From positions 1 through 33,517 of the forward strand of contig NW_021832058.1 in the NCBI RefSeq assembly GCF_006345805.1: 33,517 nucleotides of DNA, written 5' to 3'. The stretch comes from Octopus sinensis (lineage: Eukaryota). The notes under the pieces were generated by a model. The model was not told the DNA's origin and did not search any database. It saw nothing but the letters and a program-made list of their open reading frames with translations. Below, in pieces: positions 23,581 to 33,517 of this stretch. The position numbers were made by a program, and so were the translations under genes. The first letter of the stretch is position 1; each line of letters opens with the position of its first letter.

Positions 23581-23804
23581 TAGAAATAAGAGTCCAAACA
23601 ACTCAATAGCCAAAGAACCACTATCTTAATGGTTGACATGGGTGGTAAGCTTCCTTCGGCAACAGATAATAGCCAGATCATCGATGATTTCGCATTTTGA
23701 TCGGTGACTCTCACCACGAAATCATCGATTATCTGGTTATGTCTGTTGTCGTAGGGAGCTTGCCTCACTTAGCAATCATTAAGTTGTTTTGACTCTTATT
23801 TCTA
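23581..23804. repeat. Long imperfect inverted repeat
   Basis: Arms 23581-23692 and 23717-23804; 24-nt loop; about 23-nt insertion in the left arm; 13-bp perfect inner stem. Confidence 0.93.
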
Positions 23805-24142
23805 TATGTAAATTATTTCTATATATACAAAAGAGTAAAAGAATATATACAAGTTCACTCGTACGTGATGGGTACTTTCCCTTTTAGTTTTGATAATAAA
23901 CATTCAATTTTTCGATCAACTGATTCGTTAAATGAATGTATAAACGGCTGTGTATTCCACAGGCCACTAGCACATACTTCTTTAACGCAAACCGAATTAG
24001 TGTCTCATAACATATGACAAGACTGCAGTTTCTGTTTACCCATTTTAATTGCAAGGCTTTCGTCAATTGAAAGCTATTGTAAATACATACATACATACAT
24101 ACATACATACATACATACATACATACATACAATACATACACA

Positions 24143-24156
24143 GGATAGATAGATAA

Positions 24157-24251
<95 letters not shown>
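24143..24251. repeat. (GATA)n preceded by (CATA)n
   Basis: Direct inspection. Confidence 0.97.
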
Positions 24252-24253
<2 letters not shown>

Positions 24254-25221
24254 AAACTACAAACATGTATAAAGAAATTAATACCGGCTTATAATGAAGT
24301 AGGGCATTATGTTTTTATTGATTACGGCTGAAATGTTCGATTAGCTATAAGCATATATTTACGTGTGTGTATATGTAAGTATGAGTGAATGCGCACGTGC
24401 TGATGTACGCGCGCATGTCTGTGTACGTGTAGATGGGTATGTATGTATGTATGCGCATACGCACGTATGTGTATTTGTGCGAACGAGTTTGTGTGCACGT
24501 GCGCGCGCGAGTGTGTGTGTGAGTGTAGCGATAGACGACAAGAAATTAAATGAGAAAATTAGTCAGTGGTGTTTAGAGAAAAAGTGAGTGAAAGAAACAC
24601 AAGGGAATGAGAAGGAGAGAAAAACAAACTAAACAATCAAAGAAGAAAAACGAGAGCGAGAAAGACAGAGAAACAAACACAAAAAATAAGAAGGTGAGAG
24701 AGAGAACGAGAGAGAGAGAGAGAGAGAGTTCATTGAGTGACTTTTCGTCTGGCGGAGAAGTTGAATTCCTCAAGTATTGGAACCAACTGTTTAAATAACC
24801 TTTCAATTTCGTTTGCACGCAACAGTGTTGATGGCGTAGTTATGAGGCTGAGCGGTGATTGTATGGCGCGGCGTGTTTTGCTGTGACGTGTGCCTTCCTA
24901 ATCAGAATAGTCTCTGACGCCAAATGAATGAATCTAGAAAATGTTAAAGTGTAACAATATGTTATTTTATTCATGTGTCATTGCAAACCACCAATGATCG
25001 TTCTTTCTCTCTCTCTCTGCCCCCTCTCTCTCTCCCCCCTCTCTCTCTATCTCTATCTCTATCTCTCTATCTATCTATCTATCTCCATCTCTCTCTCTTT
25101 ATCTATCTCTCTCTATCTATCTATTTCTCGCACATAAATATTAACATAACGACACAGGAAACGCACAAACACGACAACGCAGATATAAATAAACACAAAT
25201 CTGCACACAGACTTTGAGAAA

Positions 25222-25265
<44 letters not shown>

Positions 25266-25274
25266 ATAATATAT

Positions 25275-25306
<32 letters not shown>

Positions 25307-25332
25307 ATATATATATATATATTATATATATA

Positions 25333-25370
<38 letters not shown>

Positions 25371-26011
25371 TATATATACATATATATACATACATATACA
25401 TACATACAGCAGAGATAGTTATGGATATGAGTGTAAATATAGAGAGACGTAAGCAGACATGTGTGTGTGTGTGTGTGTGTGTGTTTACGAGGGATTCGCG
25501 AAATAGATTTGATAATAATAGTTTGTTACAGATAGAAATAGCTTTCCTTTGGGCATGCCAAAGAGAGAGTTTCAACATAGCCGCTCAATATGCTATGAAT
25601 AGCAGCAAATTCCCTCTCAAATCAAGGCCTGTTGTCTTCAAGAAAGGTGGAACACATCGTATAATGCAGTCCTAACTTTACTTTGCATTTTGTGTTACAT
25701 TTAATACACAACTGTGTTCAAGGTTTTTTTTTGTGTGTGTGTTTTGGTTATAAGTTCTTTGTAGTGTGTGTGGAAACGTATATGTCCTATAATCTATCAT
25801 TACCATTTCTAGACCAACATCACTTCATCATCAGGATGAAGGCAGGTACACGTGAGTTGCTCTTCGTTACAGTAGTTTAGATGGATGGGAGTGATATAGG
25901 AAAGGAAAAGTTGGAATCAAACTACTCTGCGAAGCCCTAGAAAGTTTCAGATATAACATTATAGACATAAACGATAGACTCCATATCTTACTCTGAGATG
26001 AATGATTATAA

Positions 26012-26241
<230 letters not shown>

Positions 26242-26269
26242 CACATGACAAAAACAAATTCTCAATTTA

Positions 26270-27620
26270 AATCTTAAACAGGCGTTACATAATTTTAAAA
26301 GTAACGACAGCAAAACAATATATAAGCGTGGTGAAAATATTATATTTATAATGATGGGTAAGTGTACTGCAAAAACTAATATTTTCTTCAACGTCAAAAA
26401 CACAAATTTATAAGAATTCACCAAAAAACACCACCCAATTAAAAGTCAAACTTTAAAAAACTAATTGTATAGATAAGCATAAACAGCAGCTTCTTATTTC
26501 TCCCACATTGAAGGAGGGTACAGTGTTGTATATATCTCCAGAGCAGTAACAATACACAACTAAAATGACTCCTGCTGAGCTCACACAAATATAACACACA
26601 AGAGTGTTAAATGATTGCACAACGTTATCAAACAATACAATCCCGAAAGATACATTATACGGACATTTGAAGAGTTACTAGAATTCTTTGCGAAAAACAC
26701 CAACGAAGTTGGCAACACATCCATCTCCGGCATAGAAAGTCGGTAGAAAGTCTTTTTACCAACATTCCAGTAGCAGAAATAATAATAGACAGTATTAAAT
26801 AATGTATACAAACACCCAAGAAAAAAAAAACAGCGATGATACCAGCTAATGTACTTATATTACTTGTACACTTTTATAAAACAATTAACCTTTCGCTGTC
26901 CACAAGACAAAAATATACATGCATAAAAGATGGCGTAATTATGGGTTCTTTGTTAGGATCCGCATTTGAGATGCTCTTGGTGACTATATTATTGAAATGG
27001 TACCAGGACCTAACCTGAGTGATGGAGCCACCGGAAGATACTGAGAAAACATCTCCATAATAAAGCGCAACAAATACTGTAGACACTGTATTTATAAAAA
27101 TGAACATATGCCGTATTATATGAATCAAATAAAAGTTAACTATTGAATATATAAACACATTATTAAAAAACCTAAACCTTTCCAGTAATAAACAGCAAGT
27201 GTGTAAATCAGAGAATACACTACTAGTGACAAAAGTGATTTATAAATTTCATTGTTAACTGGAAAGTTATAAATCATTTATGTTGGCCAAACAAGTACGA
27301 CACTCTTCTGTCGGCTCACCATGTATTTACAACAAGAAACAATTGCAATGTTTTACACCACGCAACACAAAACAAAACTAGACGAGAAAGCATAAGTGGG
27401 CAACACTTTTATACTAGACAGAATTCCACAGAAGAATACACGATTACTAATTGCACCAAATCTTCTCGGCACCGCTCAATGCAAAAATAAATTCAAAAAC
27501 AACAAACTAGTTACAAGTAGAAGCAAACATCTAATCGATGTTGTATAAGTCTAACAGTCAAAATCCAAGTTCCGCTGGTAATGTCTACCTAAATCTCATT
27601 AACCCTGCCTAGTTCAAAGA
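26270..27620 (+). mobile_element. Decayed, internally deleted Penelope-like retroelement (RT + GIY-YIG endonuclease)
   Basis: VESLFTNIPVAE from 26743; KDGVIMGSLLGSAF 26926-26967 (QxDGVAMGSPLGP); VDTVFI from 27079 (YVDD region); VIYKFHC 27235-27255 and IYVGQT from 27276 (GIY-YIG). Ends approximate. Confidence 0.88.
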
Positions 27621-27954
27621 ACAACATCACACGCCAATGTTTCATTCTGAAGTGGTGTTGAGGTGTACGTGTGCGTGTATGTGCTTGTCTCGGTATATGT
27701 AAGAAGCTATGACAGACTAAAAAAATACATTGGATACCCTATTAATAAAGTTTAATAAAATGAAGCAAAAAAACAATAATATTTACATTTTTTGTTATTA
27801 AATCTTTTAGATACTTTTATGAACTGAAAAAATCTTGGTTTTGCTATTAGATCCTTGAAAACGAATTGTATCCTTAAAATTGGTAAATTGGTAATCTCTT
27901 GAAAACAGACTTCAATGATTTGGCTCTCCTCAACTTGATAATTTTCATGTTGTA

Positions 27955-28038
27955 AAATGCTCTTTCGCCCGTCTTTACTTCTGAGGTCGAATTCCGCCGA
28001 GGTCGACTTTGCCTTTCATTTTTTCGGGGTTGCTAAGA
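27955..28038 (+). mobile_element. SINE family A fragment truncated by a mariner
   Basis: gaattccgccgaggtcgactttgcctttcatt directly followed by the mariner terminus. Confidence 0.8.
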
Positions 28039-28635
28039 TATTAGGTTGTTCGGAAAATAATGATTGATTTTAAAAATAAGCCTATATTCTTGAAAAACTG
28101 AACTTATACAAAGGTTTAATTATTCACAATATGATCCCTGAACAGCTATGCATTTTTCCCATCGATTGACAAAGTTATTTATGCCTCTTCGATAAAAATC
28201 GAAAGGTTTTGATGCCAAGAAAACCTTGAATTCAGTTTCGACCACGATTTTGGAACGGAATGTTTTTTGCTTTAAAAAATGTCTAGGTGCTTGAAAAAGT
28301 GGTTGCCGGTAGGTGAAAGATCAGGAGAATATGGAGGACGTAGTAAAGTCTCGTATCCCAAGCCTGTGAGCTTCTGCAGTGTTATCCTGGAAACGTGCGG
28401 TGGAGCGTTGTTGTGGAGCAGATTTGAACCACGTCGATTAATAAGTGCAGGACTTATTTTGTTCAAATGAACATCCATTTTTTCCAGTTGTTTACAGACA
28501 AGTATATGAAACATTTCTCTGACACTTTGTCGTGGGTTTTGTTTGACTTGTTTTCGAATGCTGATCATCAAGGATGGGTGGATGTCCTATACCTTCTTGA
28601 TCTTCAAGGCTCTCATCCCCACTACAGAATCTCTC
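28039..28635 (-). mobile_element. Truncated, internally deleted mariner
   Basis: Terminus ta-ttaggttgttcggaaa; ORF 28272-28571 gives LLHNNAPPH and PPYSPDLSPTGNHFF, with VKQNPRQSVRE joined directly to the catalytic part; SGDESLEDQEG upstream. Confidence 0.9.
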
Positions 28636-28682
28636 AAATTACAGTCGTATTATTCAGTTCGATTCCAGGCAGTAACCTGAAT

Positions 28683-28683
28683 G

Positions 28684-28761
<78 letters not shown>
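28683..28761. repeat. (AAT)n microsatellite following a short SINE-head remnant
   Basis: B-box-like cagttcgattccaggcagtaacctga at about 28655-28681 then (AAT)n. Confidence 0.85.
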
Positions 28762-28924
28762 GTATGGAAAACACTCGGCGAGAAACGGAAGAAAATTTGA
28801 AGAAAGAAGGAAAAAACATAATAATAATAATAATTATAATTATAATTATAATTATAATAATTGTTGATCTATACTTAATGTAAACAGATAGCTATACAAA
28901 CAAAAGTGACTGATTAATTAGAAT

Positions 28925-29150
28925 AAGCCATTTTGCCAAGCATCTCGATTAATCATTGCCACCTTCAGTTTGTGGATAGAATCCAATCCCGTGTCCTCCT
29001 TCAGGTTGTTGATACATGTCAGACACGTCTCCCACGCCTTCCGTTACCATGTTGTAGGTCTCAAGCGCAAATTATGGTGTTTCTTCTTCCTGGTGCCACC
29101 TGCAATAACCTGTTACGCTGAGACGTCGTTCTCTGAACACAGAAACACTA
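28925..29150 (+). pseudogene. Possible CR1-like LINE 3' ORF fragment
   Basis: HLQFVDRIQSRV resembles the HLxLLDRIQxRA segment of CR1 ORF2. Confidence 0.45.
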
Positions 29151-29346
29151 ATTTTTTTTATATGATGCTGCTATTTCGCATCCAAGAGTGATTTGTGAGT
29201 TGAAGCAGAAGTTTTAGAACGAAATAATCTCTCCTTGAAACATTTCCTTACGAATATATTTTGCTTATTTCTGTTCTTTGTTCTTCCAACTCATGAGCAT
29301 GAATGTAAATGCAGCGATATTTGCGTAAGTAGAAAGAAGCATGTCC

Positions 29347-29556
29347 GGAAAGTTCACTGTCATCGTCATCGGTTCACTGCAGGGAAAGTTCACCGTCATC
29401 AATTCACCGTTTTTATTGTTGTTGTTGTTTTTTATTAAGATATTTTTTAACTATTCATGGTGAAATTCAATGGGTATATTTTCTCGGTAGACTTTCCTCT
29501 CAGTGAAATTTCCTCACGGTGAACATTCTTCACGATGAATTGATGACGGTGAACTT
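29347..29556. mobile_element. MITE-like fold-back with internal ttcaccg/cggtgaa sub-repeats
   Basis: 25-bp inverted repeat 29386-29410 / 29532-29556 (24/25); extra partial copy of the left arm from 29347. Confidence 0.7.
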
Positions 29557-29956
29557 AACTGTAATTCAGTAGAAGACTGACGGGAATGCATATATAATCT
29601 ACACAACACTGTTTGCATACTCAATAACTCCTTGAATGTTACAGTTAAAGTATTGTACGGACTTCGTTAACATTATATCACGTAGTACTTATTCACGAAC
29701 TCACAGCTTTCACGCTGCTTCATCCGATCTCTTCATATCTGCCATTAAACTGTTGGTGTAGGTTGTGTTATGCTTGCTTTACGAGCTCTGAATATTTCGT
29801 TTTATTTTGTGTGTGTGTGTGTGTGTGTGTAAATGCATGTATAAATTTAGTCATGTATATGCCTACATTTATGTGTATGTATATATATATATTCACACAC
29901 ATGTGTGTGTATATACGTGTTTGTATATATGTGTGTGTGCGTGTGTATACATACAA

Positions 29957-30001
<45 letters not shown>

Positions 30002-30505
30002 TATATATATATATAGATATATGCATATAATATATATACACACACAAATACACTCAAACCACACTGCATTCTGTCGGCATCCTAGCTTTGTAAGTTAGCA
30101 GTTTGTCTGGTAAACAAGAAACCTTCTTGATAGATGCTTGTATCTAAAAATCTCCTCCCATACTCCAACCTGAGAACCAGGTTGTAGCATGGTTGGTGTT
30201 CGGGTGGAGGTAAAAAGAAGCATGAGATGAGTGTGTCTGGGTAGGGAGAGGGGCAGACGGGTGTTTGTTAGAGAATTGTGGAAAGCAAGAACTACATTTT
30301 ACGCGAAATAACAGACTAAGGTGGTATAAATCACAGCCCCCACAGCTCAGACGGAATGTCTTGCTCCCTCGCGACGTTCATTCATCAGACATATACCCTT
30401 TTCACGTCTAATTAATCTGCCTGATCTTGTTGTCTTGGTGTACGTTTTGCTTTATACTTGTACAGAAACAAAAAAGAATCACCGAACAGGACGAGATATA
30501 AATAC

Positions 30506-30538
<33 letters not shown>

Positions 30539-30627
30539 TCATACATGCGCATGTACATATATTCTAAAATGGAAGCACATACACACATACGTACATACAT
30601 ACATACATACATACATACATACATACA

Positions 30628-30659
<32 letters not shown>

Positions 30660-30784
30660 AAGCACTGACTTTACCTGTTAAGCGGAACAAAGTCAAGCCA
30701 CTTAGAATAAAGAACTCAAATGTGTAACGTATTTTCTTCAACTCATTGATCATATATATGTGTATATATGTGTATATATGTGTG

Positions 30785-30870
<86 letters not shown>

Positions 30871-30900
30871 CATACAAATATAAATATATATAAATATGCT

Positions 30901-31075
30901 ATAGGCGTAGGAGTGGCTGTATAGTAAGTAGCTTGCTTACGAACCACATGGTTCCGGGTTCAGTCCCACTGCGTGGCACCTTGGCCAAATGTCTTTTACT
31001 ATAGCTTCGGGCCGACCAAAACCTTGTGAGTGGATTTGGTAGACGGAAACTGAAAGAAGCCCGTCGCATATATAT
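30901..31075 (+). mobile_element. CORE-like tRNA SINE head running into (TG)n
   Basis: gggttcagtcccactgcgtggcaccttggccaaatgtc (B box plus CORE-like); reverse complement of 10430-10590. Confidence 0.9.
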
Positions 31076-31409
31076 GTGTGTGTGTGTGTGTGTGTATGAC
31101 CAGTTGTTTTTTCTATAAGTCAGAAAGGAAAGCACGCTCAATATAAGTAATAGAGTAAGTATATTTTCATATTGTCAAACTAGTTATGACAGTTAACAGG
31201 CCAGGTCAGAACACTGCAGTCAGTTTCACTAGATAACGGCCTTTAGAGCTGAAGATACACTCCATGTTGGCTCTGTATTAGCAAATTGGCAGAAACAAAA
31301 TTTTAGTGAGTTTTTTACCCTTTTCTTTTTTCTTTTTTTTTTTTTGCGAGTATGAAGATCACAAAAACAAGAGGAAGAAAAGAAAGGGTGTGAAAAAGTT
31401 AATTAGAAA

Positions 31410-31629
31410 TACGAGGGGTGCTGAAAGGTTCCTTGCTTTAAGGGTATTGTGAAAGGCCTGGTTGGAGGCCCAGCCTTCCGAGTTCTTTTACAGAGTTTAG
31501 AAAAACGGAAGGACTGCTTCACTAACTGTACGAATCTAAGAGGGGAATATGTTGAATAAAATCATAATAAAATGATCTTCCTGTATTTTCTTTTACCCAA
31601 AGCCAAGAATTTTTCAGTACTCCTTCGTA
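31410..31629 (+). mobile_element. Mariner-derived MITE
   Basis: TIRs tacgaggggtgctgaaaggttccttgcttt / aaagccaagaatttttcagtactccttcgta with TA ends; interior keeps the transposase C-terminus LRGEYVE*. Confidence 0.88.
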
Positions 31630-32085
31630 AGTATGTAGTCATAGGTATATTAATTAACTTTTTAATGCTCATTGGATTAAATGAGTTAGCACTAACTTGC
31701 TTATATATATAGATATATATACATATTATGCAGAAGGCGTCCCTTTGCAATTTCTCTTCGTAATTTTTTTCTAATATATATACAAGCGCGAAACCATTAG
31801 GATGTTTTGGAGATTGACTGATTAGAAATCAGCTGCAAATTTTCTGTGTATTTTATTTTCGTCTAATTTTCCATTGTTACACATTTGTTAATTTTCCGCT
31901 TGTTTTCGTCAAATTTTTCCCTTTGTTGTGGTCTTTCTATTGAACCCTTGATATATATATATGTACGTTTTGTAGTATTTAATGTATTTTTCATTTATTG
32001 AGTAACTGAACGCCACACATCCCGACTTTTGTTAACAGTAAGTTTATATATATATATATATGTATGTATATATATTATAATATAT

Positions 32086-32129
<44 letters not shown>

Positions 32130-32229
32130 GCAAACAAGGGTATAAAATTATACATTACTTAATTTTTTTTTTCATCTCTAAGTTAGTGGTTGCCGACGAG
32201 AGGGAGTTTTTATCAAGGGTTATGCAACT

Positions 32230-33297
32230 ATTTAGGCACAAGACCAACAGTTTGAAGGCAGAGTGTTAGTCGACTACATCCACCCCTCTATTTAACTGGT
32301 ATTATATTTTATGGGCTCCAGGGGAATAAAAGGCAAATTGACCTCGGTGGGATTTAAGACCAGAAAGTAAAGAGCTGAAGGCGATACAGCAAAACCTTTC
32401 ATACGACGCTCTAACGATTCTGTTAGTCCAACTAGCTTCGTGTCACTATTAATAAAATATGAAATACCGAGTTACAGGAAAGTATATTTCTAAGTAAGTT
32501 GTAGAAAGGCGGTAAGCTAGCAGAATCGTTATACGATGGGCAAAATGCTTATTGGTAGTTCGTTCGCTTTTACTTTCTCAGTTCAAATTCCGGCGTGGTT
32601 GACTTACTCTTTCATTATTCCAAAGCCGATCAAATAAGTACCAGTCGAGTACTGGGGTCAATGTAATCGCCTACCCCATCCCACCCCCGAAATTACTGGC
32701 CTTGTGCCAAAATTTTGAAATATTTATTATAAATGGTAGAAGGCGGCGATGGGCAAAATACTTATCGATATTTCATCCGTCTTTACGGTCCGAGTTTAAA
32801 TTTTGCCGAGGCCGACTTAGCCTTTCGTTCTTTCGGAGAACATAAAGCAAGATCCAGTTGAGCACTGGGGTTGACGTATTCGACTTAAACCTCGACAAAA
32901 TTGCTGGCCTTGTGCCAAAATTTGAAACTTATATTATAAGTGGTAGGTTTAAACAGTCTTCCGCATTCTGTGAGTTTTGTGATATTTTATGGAATAGTTT
33001 TAAGTTCATTACAAGAATGCGTGGCTTGGGTCTGCACACTAGTGAGTACAATAATGTCTAAGATTCGCTGGTGAGGTAATATTGGTCTCAAATTTTGGTA
33101 CAAGGCCAGCAATTTCGTGGGAGGGGACAAATTGATTACATCGACCCCAGAGCTCAACTAGTACTTATTTTATCGACCTCTAAAAGATGAAAGACAAACT
33201 CCACCTCGGCAGCATTTGAACTCAGAACGTAAAGATGGGAGAAATGCCGCTGAACATTTTACCCGGCGCGCTAACGATTCTGCCAGCTTGCCGTCTT
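32230..33297. mobile_element. Cluster of four family-A SINEs (minus, plus, plus, minus)
   Basis: Copies at about 32230-32440 (-), 32507-32730 (+), 32740-32935 (+) and 33086-33297 (-), all with the ggccttgtgcc-type tail. Confidence 0.88.
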
Positions 33298-33517
33298 AAC
33301 TGATAAGGTAATATTAAGACCGAAACAGGTGTACTACAAGTCTTGCCACAATAATCAAAGTAACATTGATTTTCCCTGACAAAGTTTTTTTTTTTGCGGG
33401 GTGGGGGTTATAACATAATTGTTTCAAGTTAGCTTTTATATGTTTTTAATCCTTCCTAGATTTTGCTGCTGCTGTTACCACAGCAGTTTAAAGAATATTA
33501 TGGATTCTATATCCATA

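Noticed and set aside
31249-31300. CTGAAGA...GAAAC hammerhead-like spacing
   Set aside because: No stem II complementarity and no palindromic stem III.

Overview
AT-rich, microsatellite-dense metazoan DNA with no host protein-coding gene that I can support. The SINE families and repeat spectrum resemble what I recall of Octopus genomes; this is an inference and was not checked against a database. The window is a layered transposon graveyard. It holds about 20 tRNA-derived SINE copies from several modular families (some with perfect target-site duplications), hAT and Tc1/mariner elements and MITEs, LINE reverse-transcriptase (RT) fragments (R4/Dong-like, RTE-like, CR1-like), and a decayed Penelope-like element with RT and GIY-YIG motifs. 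Almost all long ORFs in the track are translations of microsatellites. The strongest signal is a set of hammerhead-ribozyme (HHR) motifs with palindromic stem III. One is a near-complete type I fold at 23458-23564 (minus strand) with a triplicated CUGAUGA box, and another is a clean core at 19961-19995. Each lies near a fold-back made of two head-to-head arms: HHR-derived at 23581-23804 and tRNA-derived at 19514-19710. Together they suggest non-autonomous, ribozyme-bearing retroelements mobilised by Penelope-type enzymes. All folds and translations were done by eye, and boundaries without a TSD or TIR are approximate.
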